A stretch of DNA of 64,000 nt, from contig NW_003314316.1 of assembly GCF_000143415.4 (NCBI RefSeq), forward strand, positions 812,669-876,668, given 5' to 3'. The notes beneath the pieces are model-generated. The model was not told the DNA's origin and did not search any database. It saw only the letters and a program-made list of their open reading frames with translations. This document shows, in pieces, positions 24,192 through 35,756 of this stretch (the stretch's first letter is position 1; each line of letters begins with the position of its first letter). Made by a program: the position numbers and the translations under genes. This DNA comes from Selaginella moellendorffii. Its lineage: Eukaryota > Plantae > Lycopodiophyta.

Positions 24192-24523
24192 AAAGTTTCA
24201 GAGTTTTGCAGAGCTAGTTGGGACAAGGCGGCATGTTTCTTGGAAAGTTTAAAGTTTGGAAGTAAAGGAGCTATTTCTTTGTTCTTTCTACCTTTGACTG
24301 CCCTCGACTCGTTGACTGAAACTAACCAGGAACACGGTCTTTATGGCAGTCAACGATGCTGCTACCGGGAAGCTTCGTCTTGTTCGTGTTTAGGGCTGGC
24401 GTGGCTGGGCCAAACCGTTGTTCCTGTGTCCTCTGCACACGCTGTTCGAGGTTGTTGATGAGCTCCCCCTCCCCGTGAGCCTTTCAAAGAGAATTTAGGG
24501 TTCTTGGCGCGCTCAATGCAAGC

Positions 24524-26170
24524 ATGGTTCTCTGTCGAGAAGAAGAAGAAGAAGAAGAAGGGGAAGAGGAGGAGGAGGAAGATTTTGCCGATGAACACAC
24601 TGGCATTCTCTTCCCCAGAGAGAAAGAAATCGAAAATGCAACAGCGCCAGTGAATTTGTGTTTGGGATTGGTGGAAAAGGAGAAAATCCAGATTGAAGGA
24701 GGAGGAGGAGGAGATGATGCAAGAAATTCTCTCTTCCAGATTGGAATTCCAGCGATTCGCGCCGAGCTCGCCATGCAATTCCGCCTGGGATGCCCCATCA
24801 TGGCCATGAATCTCATCTGGTTCGCCAAATTCCTCGCCACCACGCTCTTCCTGGGCCGGCTGGGCGGCGTGGAGCTCGCGGGAGGCGCCCCAGCTCTCAC
24901 CTTCGCCAATGTCACCGGCTACTCGATCCTCCTCGGCCTCGCCACTGGAATGGAGCCGATTTGCAGCCAGGCATTCGGCGCCGGGCGGATGGATCTCATG
25001 GCCTCAGCGCTCCAAAATGCGATCCTCATGTTGCTCCTGGCGTGCATTCCAATCGCCCTCGCCTGGCTCTACAGCGTTGAGAGATTCTTGATCTTCTTGG
25101 GCCAAGATCCATCCCTGGCCCGCGCCTCAGCAAGATTCTTGAAATTTCTCCTCCCGGATCTGTTCCTCCAGGCCGTGATCACTCCCCTGCGGATCTTCCT
25201 GCGCTGCCAGAGCGACACACTGCCAATGACCATCGCCTTCACTGCCGGGATCCTCCTCCACATTGGCCTCGGATTCCTGCTCGCCATGGACCTGCGCGGC
25301 GCTGGGATTGCTCTGGCGATGGGCATTGGCGATCTTTTCACGCTCGCGCTACTTTTAAGTCTCGTCCTCGCCAAGAGCAGAGCCTCTTCTTCCAAGAACC
25401 CTAAAATCAAGAACACGAAGAACACGAGGAGAAAGAGATGGAAGCCACTGATCAAACTGGCACTGCCCTCGTGCGCCATGGTCTGTCTTGAGTGGTGGAG
25501 CTACGAGGCCATCGTTCTTCTTGCCGGGCTGCTCCAGGATCCAGAAATCTCCGTCCCAGCTGCCGCGATCGTGCTGAATTTGGACGCAATCCTCTACGCG
25601 CTCCAGATCACGCTCGCCTCCTGCACCGCCACCCGAATCGGCCACGAGCTGGGCGCGAATTCGCCCTCCTCTGCCCGGACCGCGGCAATCGCATCGCTGC
25701 TCGCAAGCCTGGCAATGGGATTCGTGACCTTCGCCTCTCTGGCGGTGTTGCGATCGCTGTGGGGGCGGCTCTTCACGGCCGATCCAGCGATTGTGCGCAG
25801 CGTAAGGCGATCGATGCCGGTGGCGGGCGCGATCGAGCTCGCCAATTTCCCGCTGCTGGTGCTGTGCGGGATCTTGCGTGGGAGCGCGAGGCCAGCGGCG
25901 GGGGCGGTGGCGAGCCTGGGATCGTTCTACCTCATTGGGCTACCGTGTGGAGTGGCGCTGGGATTTGGGGCGGGGCTGGGCCTGGTGGGGCTGTGGCTGG
26001 GATTGCTAGCGGCGGTGGTGGCGTGTGTGGCGCTCACGGGGATGGTTGTTCTTGGCACGGATTGGAAGGAGATGGCCATGGCTTCCCAGCTGCAAATCCG
26101 ATCTTGGGACACTCCTAGCGAAGTGTGGCATTCTAACGATCCTGATGGAAAAGAAATGGATGAAATTTAA
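24524..26170 (+). CDS. Intronless MATE/DTX efflux transporter
   Basis: FLGRLGGVELAGG, FANVTGYSILLGLATGMEPICSQAFGA, LALPSCAMVCLEWWSYE, TRIGHELGAN, GILRGSARP; many TM segments; poly-Glu N-terminus. Confidence 0.95.
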   Translation: MVLCREEEEEEEGEEEEEEDFADEHTGILFPREKEIENATAPVNLCLGLVEKEKIQIEGGGGGDDARNSLFQIGIPAIRAELAMQFRLGCPIMAMNLIWFAKFLATTLFLGRLGGVELAGGAPALTFANVTGYSILLGLATGMEPICSQAFGAGRMDLMASALQNAILMLLLACIPIALAWLYSVERFLIFLGQDPSLARASARFLKFLLPDLFLQAVITPLRIFLRCQSDTLPMTIAFTAGILLHIGLGFLLAMDLRGAGIALAMGIGDLFTLALLLSLVLAKSRASSSKNPKIKNTKNTRRKRWKPLIKLALPSCAMVCLEWWSYEAIVLLAGLLQDPEISVPAAAIVLNLDAILYALQITLASCTATRIGHELGANSPSSARTAAIASLLASLAMGFVTFASLAVLRSLWGRLFTADPAIVRSVRRSMPVAGAIELANFPLLVLCGILRGSARPAAGAVASLGSFYLIGLPCGVALGFGAGLGLVGLWLGLLAAVVACVALTGMVVLGTDWKEMAMASQLQIRSWDTPSEVWHSNDPDGKEMDEI

Positions 26171-26235
26171 ATCCTAGAATATTCTATATTCTGAGCATAT
26201 TCGCTATGATTAAATTGAACTTTACCGCCTTTTTG

Positions 26236-27876
26236 CTACTTACCTTTACCATCTTTGTTATAACCACTATAATCTTTTTCTTGATCATCAGAGCAAATAT
26301 TGGCTAACAGAGAATATAGTGAAGCACATTCTGGATTGAGACTCACCCCAGACTTGGCAGCCTCAGATCCTCTTGTGGAATCTTTGTGGAGTTTGCAGCC
26401 ACCCAACAAGGAAGTCCACTCCACCTCATCAGGGATAAAGGGCATATTCCAGACTAGATCTTGGGCATCTCGCAAATGCCCAGCTCTACTCAACAAATCC
26501 ACCATGCAACCATAGTGCTCCTTGAGAGGCCTCAGCCCATGATCCCCAGCCATCGATCTAAAGCAGTCCCAACCGTCCGATACCATGCCGCCGTGGCTGC
26601 ATCCCAGCAGCACGCAGCACAGGGAGATCTCGTTGGGCCGGATGCCGTCCAGTACCATCGTACGGAACACATCCAACGCTCCCTGGAAGCGCCCGGCCCT
26701 GGCGTACGCTCCAACCAGGCACGTCCACGCCACCACGTTCCGTACGCCCATGCCGGCAAAGAAGCGCTGGGCGTCTTCCAGATTCCCAGCCAGCGCATAT
26801 GCCCCTAGCATCGCGGCCTCGGATGCCGTGTCGTGGTACGGCATCTCGCTGAAGATCCTCCGGCATTCATAGATATTCCTACCGTACGCGTGGGCTGTGA
26901 GCAGTGCCGTCCAAGAGAGGATGTCGCGCTCGGGCATGAGCTGGAAGAGGCGCGCGGTTTTCCGCGCGTCCCCAAGCCGGGAATATCCGCCTAGCATGGT
27001 GTTCCACGTGACGAGATTCCTGGCCGGCATCGCGTGGAAATAACGATTGGCCTCGTCAGCGCTGCTGGCAAAGCACACATCCAGTACGATCGTCCACGTC
27101 ACCACGTCGTACAGTGGCATAGCACGGAACACCGCCATGGCGTCCTTGAGCCGGTGGTGTCCGTACTGTGAATATGCCCCCAGGAGAGTGCTCCATGTGA
27201 TGAGATTCCTCTCTGGCGTGGCGTGAAAGAGCGCTATCGTCGAGTTTAAATCGCCGGATCTCATGGAAGAAGAGAGTGCCGCGTTCCAGGCCACCACGCT
27301 CCACTGTGGCATTCGATCAAACACAAGCCTGGCTCGAGCAAAATTTCCTTCTTGGGTATTTGCCGAGAGGAGGATGATCCACGAAACAATCTCTCGCTCT
27401 GGGATTCGATCGAAGAGATCTTCCAGCTCGCGGATCCGGCCAAACTGGTCGTAGGCCGCCAGCATCGTGTTCCAGGAGATGACGCTGGGGAATCGAATGC
27501 CGTCGAAAATAGACTCCGCGAGATCCAGATCCCCCGCCCTGGCCGCCGCCGCCACTGCCGCGGTGGAGGAAACCACATCCAATTGGGGCGTCCTGGCGAG
27601 GATCGAGAGCGCACGAGAGAGATCTCTGCTGCTGGCGAGGCACGAGAGGAGGATCTGGCGCCAGGAGAAGGGATTCCTGGCGGGCATGGAGTGAAAGAGG
27701 GCGAGCGCATCGCGGATGCTGGAGCAGGCGCCATACATCTGGATGAGGAGATTGGAGAGAAAGATGCCGTCGGTGGACATGAATCGTGATTGCAGCACCT
27801 GGGAGTGGACATTGCGAGCATCGGCAATGTGGCGCACGGATTTGATCAGCCGGACGCACTCATCCACACACCGCAT
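26236..27876 (-). CDS. PLS-class PPR protein with E domain, no DYW
   Basis: Tandem ~31-35 aa repeats (MPxRxxVSWxxLLxAY); HYGCMVDLLSRAGHL..A..L...MPFIPDEVEWTSLLGGC E motif. Confidence 0.93.
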   Translation of the reverse strand: MRCVDECVRLIKSVRHIADARNVHSQVLQSRFMSTDGIFLSNLLIQMYGACSSIRDALALFHSMPARNPFSWRQILLSCLASSRDLSRALSILARTPQLDVVSSTAAVAAAARAGDLDLAESIFDGIRFPSVISWNTMLAAYDQFGRIRELEDLFDRIPEREIVSWIILLSANTQEGNFARARLVFDRMPQWSVVAWNAALSSSMRSGDLNSTIALFHATPERNLITWSTLLGAYSQYGHHRLKDAMAVFRAMPLYDVVTWTIVLDVCFASSADEANRYFHAMPARNLVTWNTMLGGYSRLGDARKTARLFQLMPERDILSWTALLTAHAYGRNIYECRRIFSEMPYHDTASEAAMLGAYALAGNLEDAQRFFAGMGVRNVVAWTCLVGAYARAGRFQGALDVFRTMVLDGIRPNEISLCCVLLGCSHGGMVSDGWDCFRSMAGDHGLRPLKEHYGCMVDLLSRAGHLRDAQDLVWNMPFIPDEVEWTSLLGGCKLHKDSTRGSEAAKSGVSLNPECASLYSLLANICSDDQEKDYSGYNKDGKGK

Positions 27877-28035
27877 CCAAGAACCCTAAAAACAGAGTAA
27901 CATTTTGGCGGGATCTCTTAAGAATATACTTTTAGATGCTAAAATCATATTAAAACTTGGGGGTATAGACAGACTCCAACAGGGGAGATGGAAGAAGATA
28001 TATCATAGTGATTGAGAGCAAAAAGGGGATTTTTT

Positions 28036-28474
28036 TCACGGGCATTTGGGCTCTCCCTCGTCGTTGCGGATGGCATCGTAGCACGGGCACTCTTTCTTGC
28101 TCGCTTTTGGGCCATTTGGAACGCAAAAGCACTTGCTGCAGCAGATGTTACACATCTTATTGCACATCTTGGGCTTCCACGAGTTAGAGCATCGGTACTT
28201 GCACTTTCCTCCACAATCTGCGAGGGAGAAACAAAGACCCAGTCACTCTACTCGATCCAACCGACAAAAACTGGAAGCTAGAAACTAAAAGCAGTGAAGG
28301 ATGTCTCACCGTATCCAGTCAACTCTCTGCTGCCAAGAACCACATTGCCATTCTGCAACGAAACAAGAGATTGTCAAAACACGAACTCAATCAGGCAATG
28401 CAGGTGGAGCTCACCTCGGCAATCACAAACATGAGCAGGACGAGAGATGCTAGCCACTTCAAAGCCAGAGCCAT
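28036..28474 (-). CDS. GASA: GASA/Snakin cysteine-rich secreted peptide, 3 exons (absent from the ORF track)
   Basis: Spliced product MALALKWLASLVLLMFVIAE-NGNVVLGSRELTGY-DCGGKCKYRCSNSWKPKMCNKMCNICCSKCFCVPNGPKASKKECPCYDAIRNDEGEPKCP*; 12-Cys GASA pattern ending in KCP. Confidence 0.93.
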
Positions 28475-29003
28475 TTTGCTCGAACTCCTCCTTTCTCTCA
28501 CGAAGAAACACACCTGAGGACTCTGCGAGAAGAAACAATGAATGCTCTAAGTGGAAGAGAAGAGTGGCGTTTTATAGTCAGGAATTTACCTCCCTGTGGA
28601 AGAATCGCGGCAGCTCAGGTCCCCCACCGTGTGAAGCTAGCTGTATAGTCAGCGTAGAATTAAATCTAAAGATTGTCTGTCTGCCATGCCATTGCCAGCC
28701 GGCTTTGCGATGGAAGGCTGCTCCATTTAGATATCTTTGTACCATATATCTATCTCGTATAGGCGCCTCTTTGTCTGCCAGATCCTGTAAAGGAAACAAC
28801 TATGATCAAACTCTTTTTATCTTTCGTCTCTTCGTTTGGGTTAACTCTATCAGACTAAGAAATGTCGGTTTACCTCGCAAGACGAATCACGTGTTGATGT
28901 CACGCCAAACGAGAGCTTGCCAGCACGAAGATATAGGTGCTTCCATCGCGACGAGCTTATCGGCGATTCAGTGTTCTCTCCTATATGATACAGAGTGAGC
29001 TCG

Positions 29004-29810
29004 ATGAAAATGGCAGCGAAAGATCCTTACAGAAGCCACATTCGTGGAGATGCCGAGAAGACCACCTACTGGAGACATGGAGAACCTCCGTGTTATGACA
29101 ACAGCGCCTTTGAGGAAGGTAGGAGCAAGGTAAGTCAGCCGCTAGATTGTGAGAGACGAGGTAACGGGAGCTCGCTCACCTTGCTCGAGTTCAATTGGAT
29201 TGATGCAGGTATGGCCGAGTGGATCACTGGAAGAGATCGTTCAAAACCTCGTCAAGACGTGGGAGATGGAGATGAGCCACAAATGCCATGTCGAGGACGT
29301 CAAAACAGTCGATCATCAGCTCTTCACACTCGCGGTGAATGGTAGGCAAGAACTTCACAGCATCATCTTCTTCTGAGTTTCTTCTATGCAGGAAGAACAT
29401 CAAAGTCAGTCGACGAAGTTGTGAGAACCGGAACATATAACATCTTACTTCAATCCGAAGCTCCCTGTGCATACTATGACTCCTCCAAAGAAAACTTTGA
29501 ATCCTCACACCATACCTTCCACCACGCCTTCAACAATAAGTTTCCATGGGAAGTTCTTCAAGTGTACTCCGGACCTCCTGTTGTTGTCTTCAAGTGGAGG
29601 CACTGGGGAAGAATGAAAGGAGAATTTCGAGGTCATGCTGCTACAGGGGAATTAGTCGAGATCATCGGAGTTGCTGTTGCTACTGTGAATAGCGAGCTCA
29701 AGCTCACGAGTGTTGAAGTTTACTTCGATCAGGAGCAGTTCCTTAAGAAACTGTGCAAAGGAAAGAAATCTTCGCTAGAAAATGTAAACGCAAATGCGTC
29801 ACTTAAGTGA
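29004..29810 (+). CDS. Pathogen-related protein (NTF2/SnoaL-like fold family), 3 exons
   Basis: YRS...WRHGEPP.Y, GSLEEIVQNLVKTWEMEMSHK, FPWEVLQVYSGPPVVVFKWRHWG. Confidence 0.88.
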
Positions 29811-29904
29811 AAGCATCCTTGGAAATCTTCTGTAAATCTGAATAGATGTCATGAGACTTTTACCTGTATCTGATTTCTCTGCCTTTTGGAAGGCTGCGAA
29901 CATA

Positions 29905-31557
29905 TCAATGCTCAAAAAGTCCCTTTTTCGTCCAGCTCGGGGTACGTAGTAGCCTTCCTTTCGCGATTACATACTTGACGTCCAGACTGCTTTTATCCAG
30001 CACTAGAACGTCTCCGTCGCTTCCAGGACTTAAATGACCTGCCAAAAACGTTTGCATATATACAAAATATATACAAATATGGAAGCTAAAGTACCTTTGT
30101 GAGAAAGTGAAAGAAACTTGGCTGGATTCTTTGTGCTTAACGAGATGGCATTTTCAACTTTCCACTCGGCTTCTCGAATTAGCCTCCTGATTGTGTTTAG
30201 ATTTGCAAGAGGCGAGGCAACCCCATACTTGACAAGGTTGCCTTTGCTGTCAAAGACTGGAAGAGAACCAAATGCGTCAGAAGAAATGGAAACAGAAGTG
30301 GTAGGCACATCTCTGTCCGCCCAGTCTTTAAGAGCGTCATAAGATGCAGTCTCGCCTTCTTGATCGGAGGTAAAGTCGACACGGCCTCCAGCTTTTACCC
30401 ACACTTCCGCAGCCTATAAAAAGGTTTGAGAACTTAAAAGCTACAAGAAAAGTATACCTTCACTAGTTCTGGTCCCCGATGAGAAACATGAGTTGGGATC
30501 ATCTGCGTGAGAGGTATAGCTTCTCTACTGGCGTTGAAAACAGACCAAAGAGGGTCGAGCAGCGAAGAAGCACTGCCAACGTGAAAGTGAACAATTCCAG
30601 CTTTTCCCGAGAGCATCCCTCCAACTCTTGCGTCAGAAACAAGGTGTAAAAGTTCCTGCGTGAAACCACGTCAGAAACGATGCGAAAAATTGTAGCTAAT
30701 TTTACCTCGGTGCTCGGCCAGCTGCCACGATGATCGCTGATGGCAATTTCTCCGGCGCCAATTACTTCGTTGATAAGCTGAAGATCTCTTACTAAGTTGC
30801 CTGATAGATGTTTTGGTCGTATCTAAGCTGTACAAATGAAAACAGAATGGACAAACCTGTCAAAGTTGGAGATGGTACTCTATAGCAGCCACTCCACATA
30901 TACGCTGTTATTCCTTCCTCTTGCAAGGCTTTGGACTTTGTTCTTAAGTTCTCAAGGCTACAAGGAGCAAAAGAGTTATAATCCAGAAGACAAAGGCAAA
31001 AAAAAATAAAATTGAAAAGAAAGGAGCATTTGCTCGAGAAAGAAAAAAAACGGAGAAGAGATGAGCGACTCATACCTTCTCGACACACAATCGGTGCCTA
31101 GGACTCCCACAAGCGTAGTGATGCCGGCTTCTAGAATTTCTGCTAGCCCAGCTTCCGGAGTTCTACTGGAAGGTCCCATCTCTCCACCACCACCAGTGAT
31201 ATGGACGTGCATATCAATCAAACCTGGAACGACAATGTCGCCCTCCACATCGATCACCTCGAGAAGAGGAATCCCTGTGAGGTTGATCCATGGAAACTGC
31301 TGCTCCGAGAACACAGCTAGAACGGATCCTCCACCCAGCAGAATGTGAGCCTTTCCAATCGGCTCTGGCGTGTACACCAATCCATTCTTGACCAGAATCA
31401 TCGTGGCTTCTCGTTCCTCGCCGCCGATCTGGCCCGCTACCGCGACATCCCACTCCACAATCCCCGGATCGAGAGACTTACACGATGATCCAGATGACAT
31501 AAGCGGCAAGAATGCCGCCAGCAGCGCTAGCTCCAAGAAAATCAGAGGTCCAGCCAT
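29905..31557 (-). CDS. iadA: Isoaspartyl dipeptidase (beta-aspartyl peptidase, bacterial IadA-like) with N-terminal signal peptide, multi-exon
   Basis: PGLIDMHVHITGGGGEMGPSSRTPE, GITTLVGVLGTD, GEIAISDHR, HFHVG, IPTHV, SISSDAFGSLPVFD, KNPAKFL...KGHLSPGSDGDVLVL, KGLFEH*. Confidence 0.92.
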
Positions 31558-31739
31558 TGTCCCGAGAACCCTAGCCCATGGAAGTGGGGCATCTTAAAAA
31601 TGCAAGATATCTCATATACAAATTGCCAGCAATGTTTGGAAGGGTTCTTGAATAAACATTACAGCTTAGATTTAGTCGTTCATTTTATTTGATAGCATTT
31701 ACTGCTACTTTTTTGGTTTGCTTAAGCAAACCTGTAGAC

Positions 31740-32050
31740 TGTAGTGAATATATTTAGAATATATTTGAATATTTTAGGATATTCTATGATTTAACGGTTG
31801 TTATTCATTTAGATTAATCTTGTATTTATAATTTATAAATATGTTTATAATTTATAAACTTTCTTAAACCCTTTCTAGTATATTCTTTTTATTCTATCAT
31901 CTAATGGTTGATATACAATAAAATTAATCTTGTGTTTATAAATTACAAACATGTTAATAATTATAAATTTTATTTGAGAAATCAGATTAATAAGTAATAA
32001 TAAAACTACTATTAAGCAAACCAAGCATTGCTACATGCAATGCATAGCAA
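31740..32050 (+). repeat. AT-rich dispersed repeat, copy 1 (probable non-autonomous TE terminus)
   Basis: Colinear with 34501-34785; both start TGTAGTG(A/G)ATATA and share ttattctatcatctaatggttgatat. Confidence 0.75.
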
Positions 32051-33229
32051 TTTATTTTTTACTTTGAACTCAATCACAACTTTATAGTTGTATGGTCTTT
32101 TTAGTATCTTCTTACGAATATTCATCTGATTATAAGATACAGCCATTGGATTCAACATGGGAGGGACATCATGATAAATATTAAGTATGAACATTAGCTT
32201 GAATGTGTTGAAATACCTCACTGGAGGGAATTTTACAATATGCACCTCTCTATACTGGATTAGCAAGGAGCATAGTGTTAGCCAGGAAATTCCAAATTTG
32301 CTAAATGGAGTATAGTGTTTTAGTCTCTAGGATTTTATATTAATTTAGAGGACTTTACTGAATTTTCTATTCTTTCACTTCACTTGTAAGTTCTTTTCTC
32401 CATTTATTGCATTTTCTTTTATTCCACAAAAGTTGCATCCTTATGCAAATAGTGAGAAACTATTGAAAAGATATGGATAAATATTATTATATAAATGTAA
32501 TGGAAGATATTAAATAGAATGACGTTATTGATGAATAAAATATTAATTATATTTAGAAAAAGAATCTGAGGTAGAGATGATGAAATATTACTTATTTATT
32601 ATTTAATTCTAATAATGTATTATAAATTTAAATTACTTAAATTTTTACTCAAAAATATTTATTACCTACCATTTGTTTTAATGATGAATTATCAATTTAT
32701 TCATTATATTTGTACCTAATTAAGTTACCCAAACAAAGTCTAAAAAGAATATTAATATAAATAATATACATAAGTATGTGTCAATACCAAAGGGGATATG
32801 TATCATGTCAATGCTGATTTCTTAGTTGAAAATTAGATTCAAAATAATATTAATACTAAATTTTTAAACTTTCTCTTGATAAAAAAGTGAAATATTTTCA
32901 TCTTGATGTGTAAAAAATGTAAAACTTCTAGACAAATAAAATAAAATAATAAAAATGACATATTAAATAACATGTTAAAAGTTGTAAAATATAAGTGGAT
33001 AAGCTAATTTAAATAGTTTTTAATTGTAAATTTAAAAAATTGTTATGACTTTAAAATTAGATTTAAAGCTAATAAAATTAGTATATTAATTTGATATATC
33101 TAATGAGGAACCAAATCTTATGTATATACTTTGGATAAGAAAGTGTACCATAGAAGTGTTTCTAATTTAAAATTTATCATTAAAATGTCAAAATGTCAAA
33201 GTAAGTTACGTGCAATAAATGGTGTGGCC

Positions 33230-34400
33230 CTGGTAGTGGAGTTGGGAATGCTAGTGAAGTTTGCTGTATTATATAGCAAAGAGCCATGCCCTTATTAAAG
33301 CATTTGAGGATCTCCTATTACATTTTTAGTGATGCATTCTAGCATTACATTTTAGCATTCTGGAGAGTCGACAGCTTCTAGCTTCAGGGATTGGAGGAAT
33401 TAATTCCAGGGATTGTTGAGTTCTAGTTCCAAGCATATTAGTTTTCTAGCCATATCTGGGATTCAAGTAAGCTCTTATATAGGAGCTTGGCACTCAAGAT
33501 GAAACTCAAGAGGAAGGGAGAACATTAGAGAGCTAGCAGAATCAGTTTCAAGGAAGAAACTGAGGAATAAACATGCTCCTAACTGGACAAGAGGAGAAGC
33601 CATAGCTTTGATTGAGCTCAAAGTATGCAGAGTGGACAGTTATGATTCAAGGAAACTTGCCTTTGAATGCTTGCCAACAGCAGTTTGCAAAGAAGATACT
33701 GTTGAGAATCTAGCCACAAAGCTCACTTGGCAAGCCTCCAATGAGCTAGTTCCTGCTCAAGTCCGTGAAGATGAGATGGCTGCTGTTGTTCTTGATGCCA
33801 AGGTTTCAACTTAACCTGTTTCCAGAGACATCGAGCATGACCAGTGTTGAGAACAAACTTGGTGGAACAGAGCTTGAGAGCATGTCATTTTCTATGGAGC
33901 AAGTTTGGGAACTTAACAAACTTAGCAAGAGGTTCCAGCAAACTTTGACAGAGTGCTCAAAGATTGGAGCTTTTTTCGTCCCTCTCATATCCTTTCTCTA
34001 CAGCCTGGAAGAGAATCCACTTTCTCATGCTCACTGAAAGGCTGCCATGAAATCAGTTATTATAGAGGTCAAGGGCCAGCAAACTTGGAGTGAACAAGCT
34101 ACCTGGAATTGTTCCTTCAAGCTTGTTGCCAGGCATGCATAAGACTTCCACTCCTATAGATTTGGAGTGTGGAAGAGGAATGCTGTGGAAGAGCTTGTTT
34201 CTATCCACACTAAGAAACTTGAGGCTATAACTTCGACAAAGATTTGTTGGTAGTGAACCGGTGAAAGTGTTTTGTGCTACTCAAAGTTCCTCCAGCCCAG
34301 AGTGGAGGCCAAACTCTTGAGAAATCTCACTGCCAATACTGTTCTCAAAGAGCAAAAGCTGCCAGTCTCACTGCTCAGAGTGGAAGTGATGTAGAACACA
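33230..34400 (-). pseudogene. LRR receptor-like kinase pseudogene fragment
   Basis: Minus strand reads SEISQEFGLHSGLEEL*VAQNTFTGSLPTNLC...LSVDRNKL..SIP...PGNKLEGTIPGSLF..LLALDLYNN*FHGSL and LVMLDVSGNRLS*: plant LRR consensus with in-frame stops. Confidence 0.8.
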
Positions 34401-34500
34401 CTCTAGTGTCATCCCTTTTAGTATTTGAAAGAGATTTTTGATCCAGATAAAAATATCCTGTCTGTTTGTGCAAATAGAATTTAATATATTTCTGTTTTGA

Positions 34501-34785
34501 TGTAGTGGATATACCTAGAATATATTTGAATATTCTGAGATATTTTATAATCTAACGGTCATTATTCAATTATATTAATCTTGTATTTATAATATATAAA
34601 CTTCCCTAAAAACTTTCTAGCATATTCTATTTTATTCTATCATCTAATGGTTGATATGTAATAAGATTGATCTTATGTTTATAAATTATAAAGATGTTTA
34701 TAATTATAAACTTCCATATAATAAATAAGAACAAACACTACTATTAAACAAACTAAATGTTGCTGTATGGAACATGTAGTAAATT
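34501..34785 (+). repeat. AT-rich dispersed repeat, copy 2; a degenerate inverted partial copy lies at ~35110-35350
   Basis: See copy 1. ttaatttataaacacaaaatta at ~35115 is close to the reverse complement of an internal motif of the repeat. Confidence 0.7.
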
Positions 34786-35756
34786 GTTCTTATTCTTACA
34801 TAAAATATTTATGTTTTAACTGTCTCTACATAAGATATGCAAGTGTGAATAAAATCACACATAAACTATATGAATTAGGAGAAATTTATGTGTTATAAAT
34901 TTACTTAAAACATATTTAAATTTTTTAAACTTAGAGTGTGACGCATTAACTTAAATATAGGTGAGTAAATTGAAATAATTTGATACAACAAGAATTAGTT
35001 TTCTTAATAGTACTGTTGTTCCTCTTTAGTATTATTTATTAATCCAATTGATAAAATGGAAGTATATTAGTCAAATAACTTGGCATAAGTACAAATGAAA
35101 TCATAAACATGATATTAATTTATAAACACAAAATTAAATTGCATCAGATAGTAATCTCAGAATATGTGTGAACTTCAGAGGATTGAATAATATCATATAT
35201 CGTAATCATTTCCCAACTCCCATTTATGGATGAGAAGCTAGAATAACTAAATATAATAGGAAGTGTTTAAATTTTTTTATAAATTGTAATTATATATAAA
35301 AATTATAATAACAACCATTATATCCAAATATAGTTTAGGGTATATTCTATTAATCTGTGACAGTTATCAGTGATTCTACAATACTAAGGAAATAGAGTCA
35401 GAGGATTGGTGAGAAGTTTATAAAAGAATAAAAAGAAAACGTTGTTTGGTTTGAAGGGTGAAAGAGAAAGAGAAGGGCTGACGGGCCATCAAGCACGTCA
35501 CCAGATTCTTTGAGCGCCGAGGGCTGAGGAAGGGCAGAGGCGCGCTTTTCTCCCACCGATCCGCCCTAGACAAATCTTTTAGCTCCAGCTGCGCGGTGCG
35601 CGCGGTCCTCTGCCGATCCAGGCGCCCTCGCGACCTCTTCGAGGATTGGAAGAAGCAATCGATCGTTCCAGCGGAGAAGCTGTGAGTGTTTTAGGTCTGT
35701 GGGCTTCATGCAAGCTCCTGGGTTTAGCAAAGCTCGTATTGGGAAAAGCTCTAGAA

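Noticed and set aside
11917-31557. Biosynthetic gene cluster (HMGS + MATE + PRP + hydrolase)
   Set aside because: No scaffold-forming or tailoring enzymes, and the genes are interspersed with unrelated housekeeping genes.
31715-31745. Helitron 3' end
   Set aside because: The palindrome is present but there is no CTRR terminus at the expected distance.
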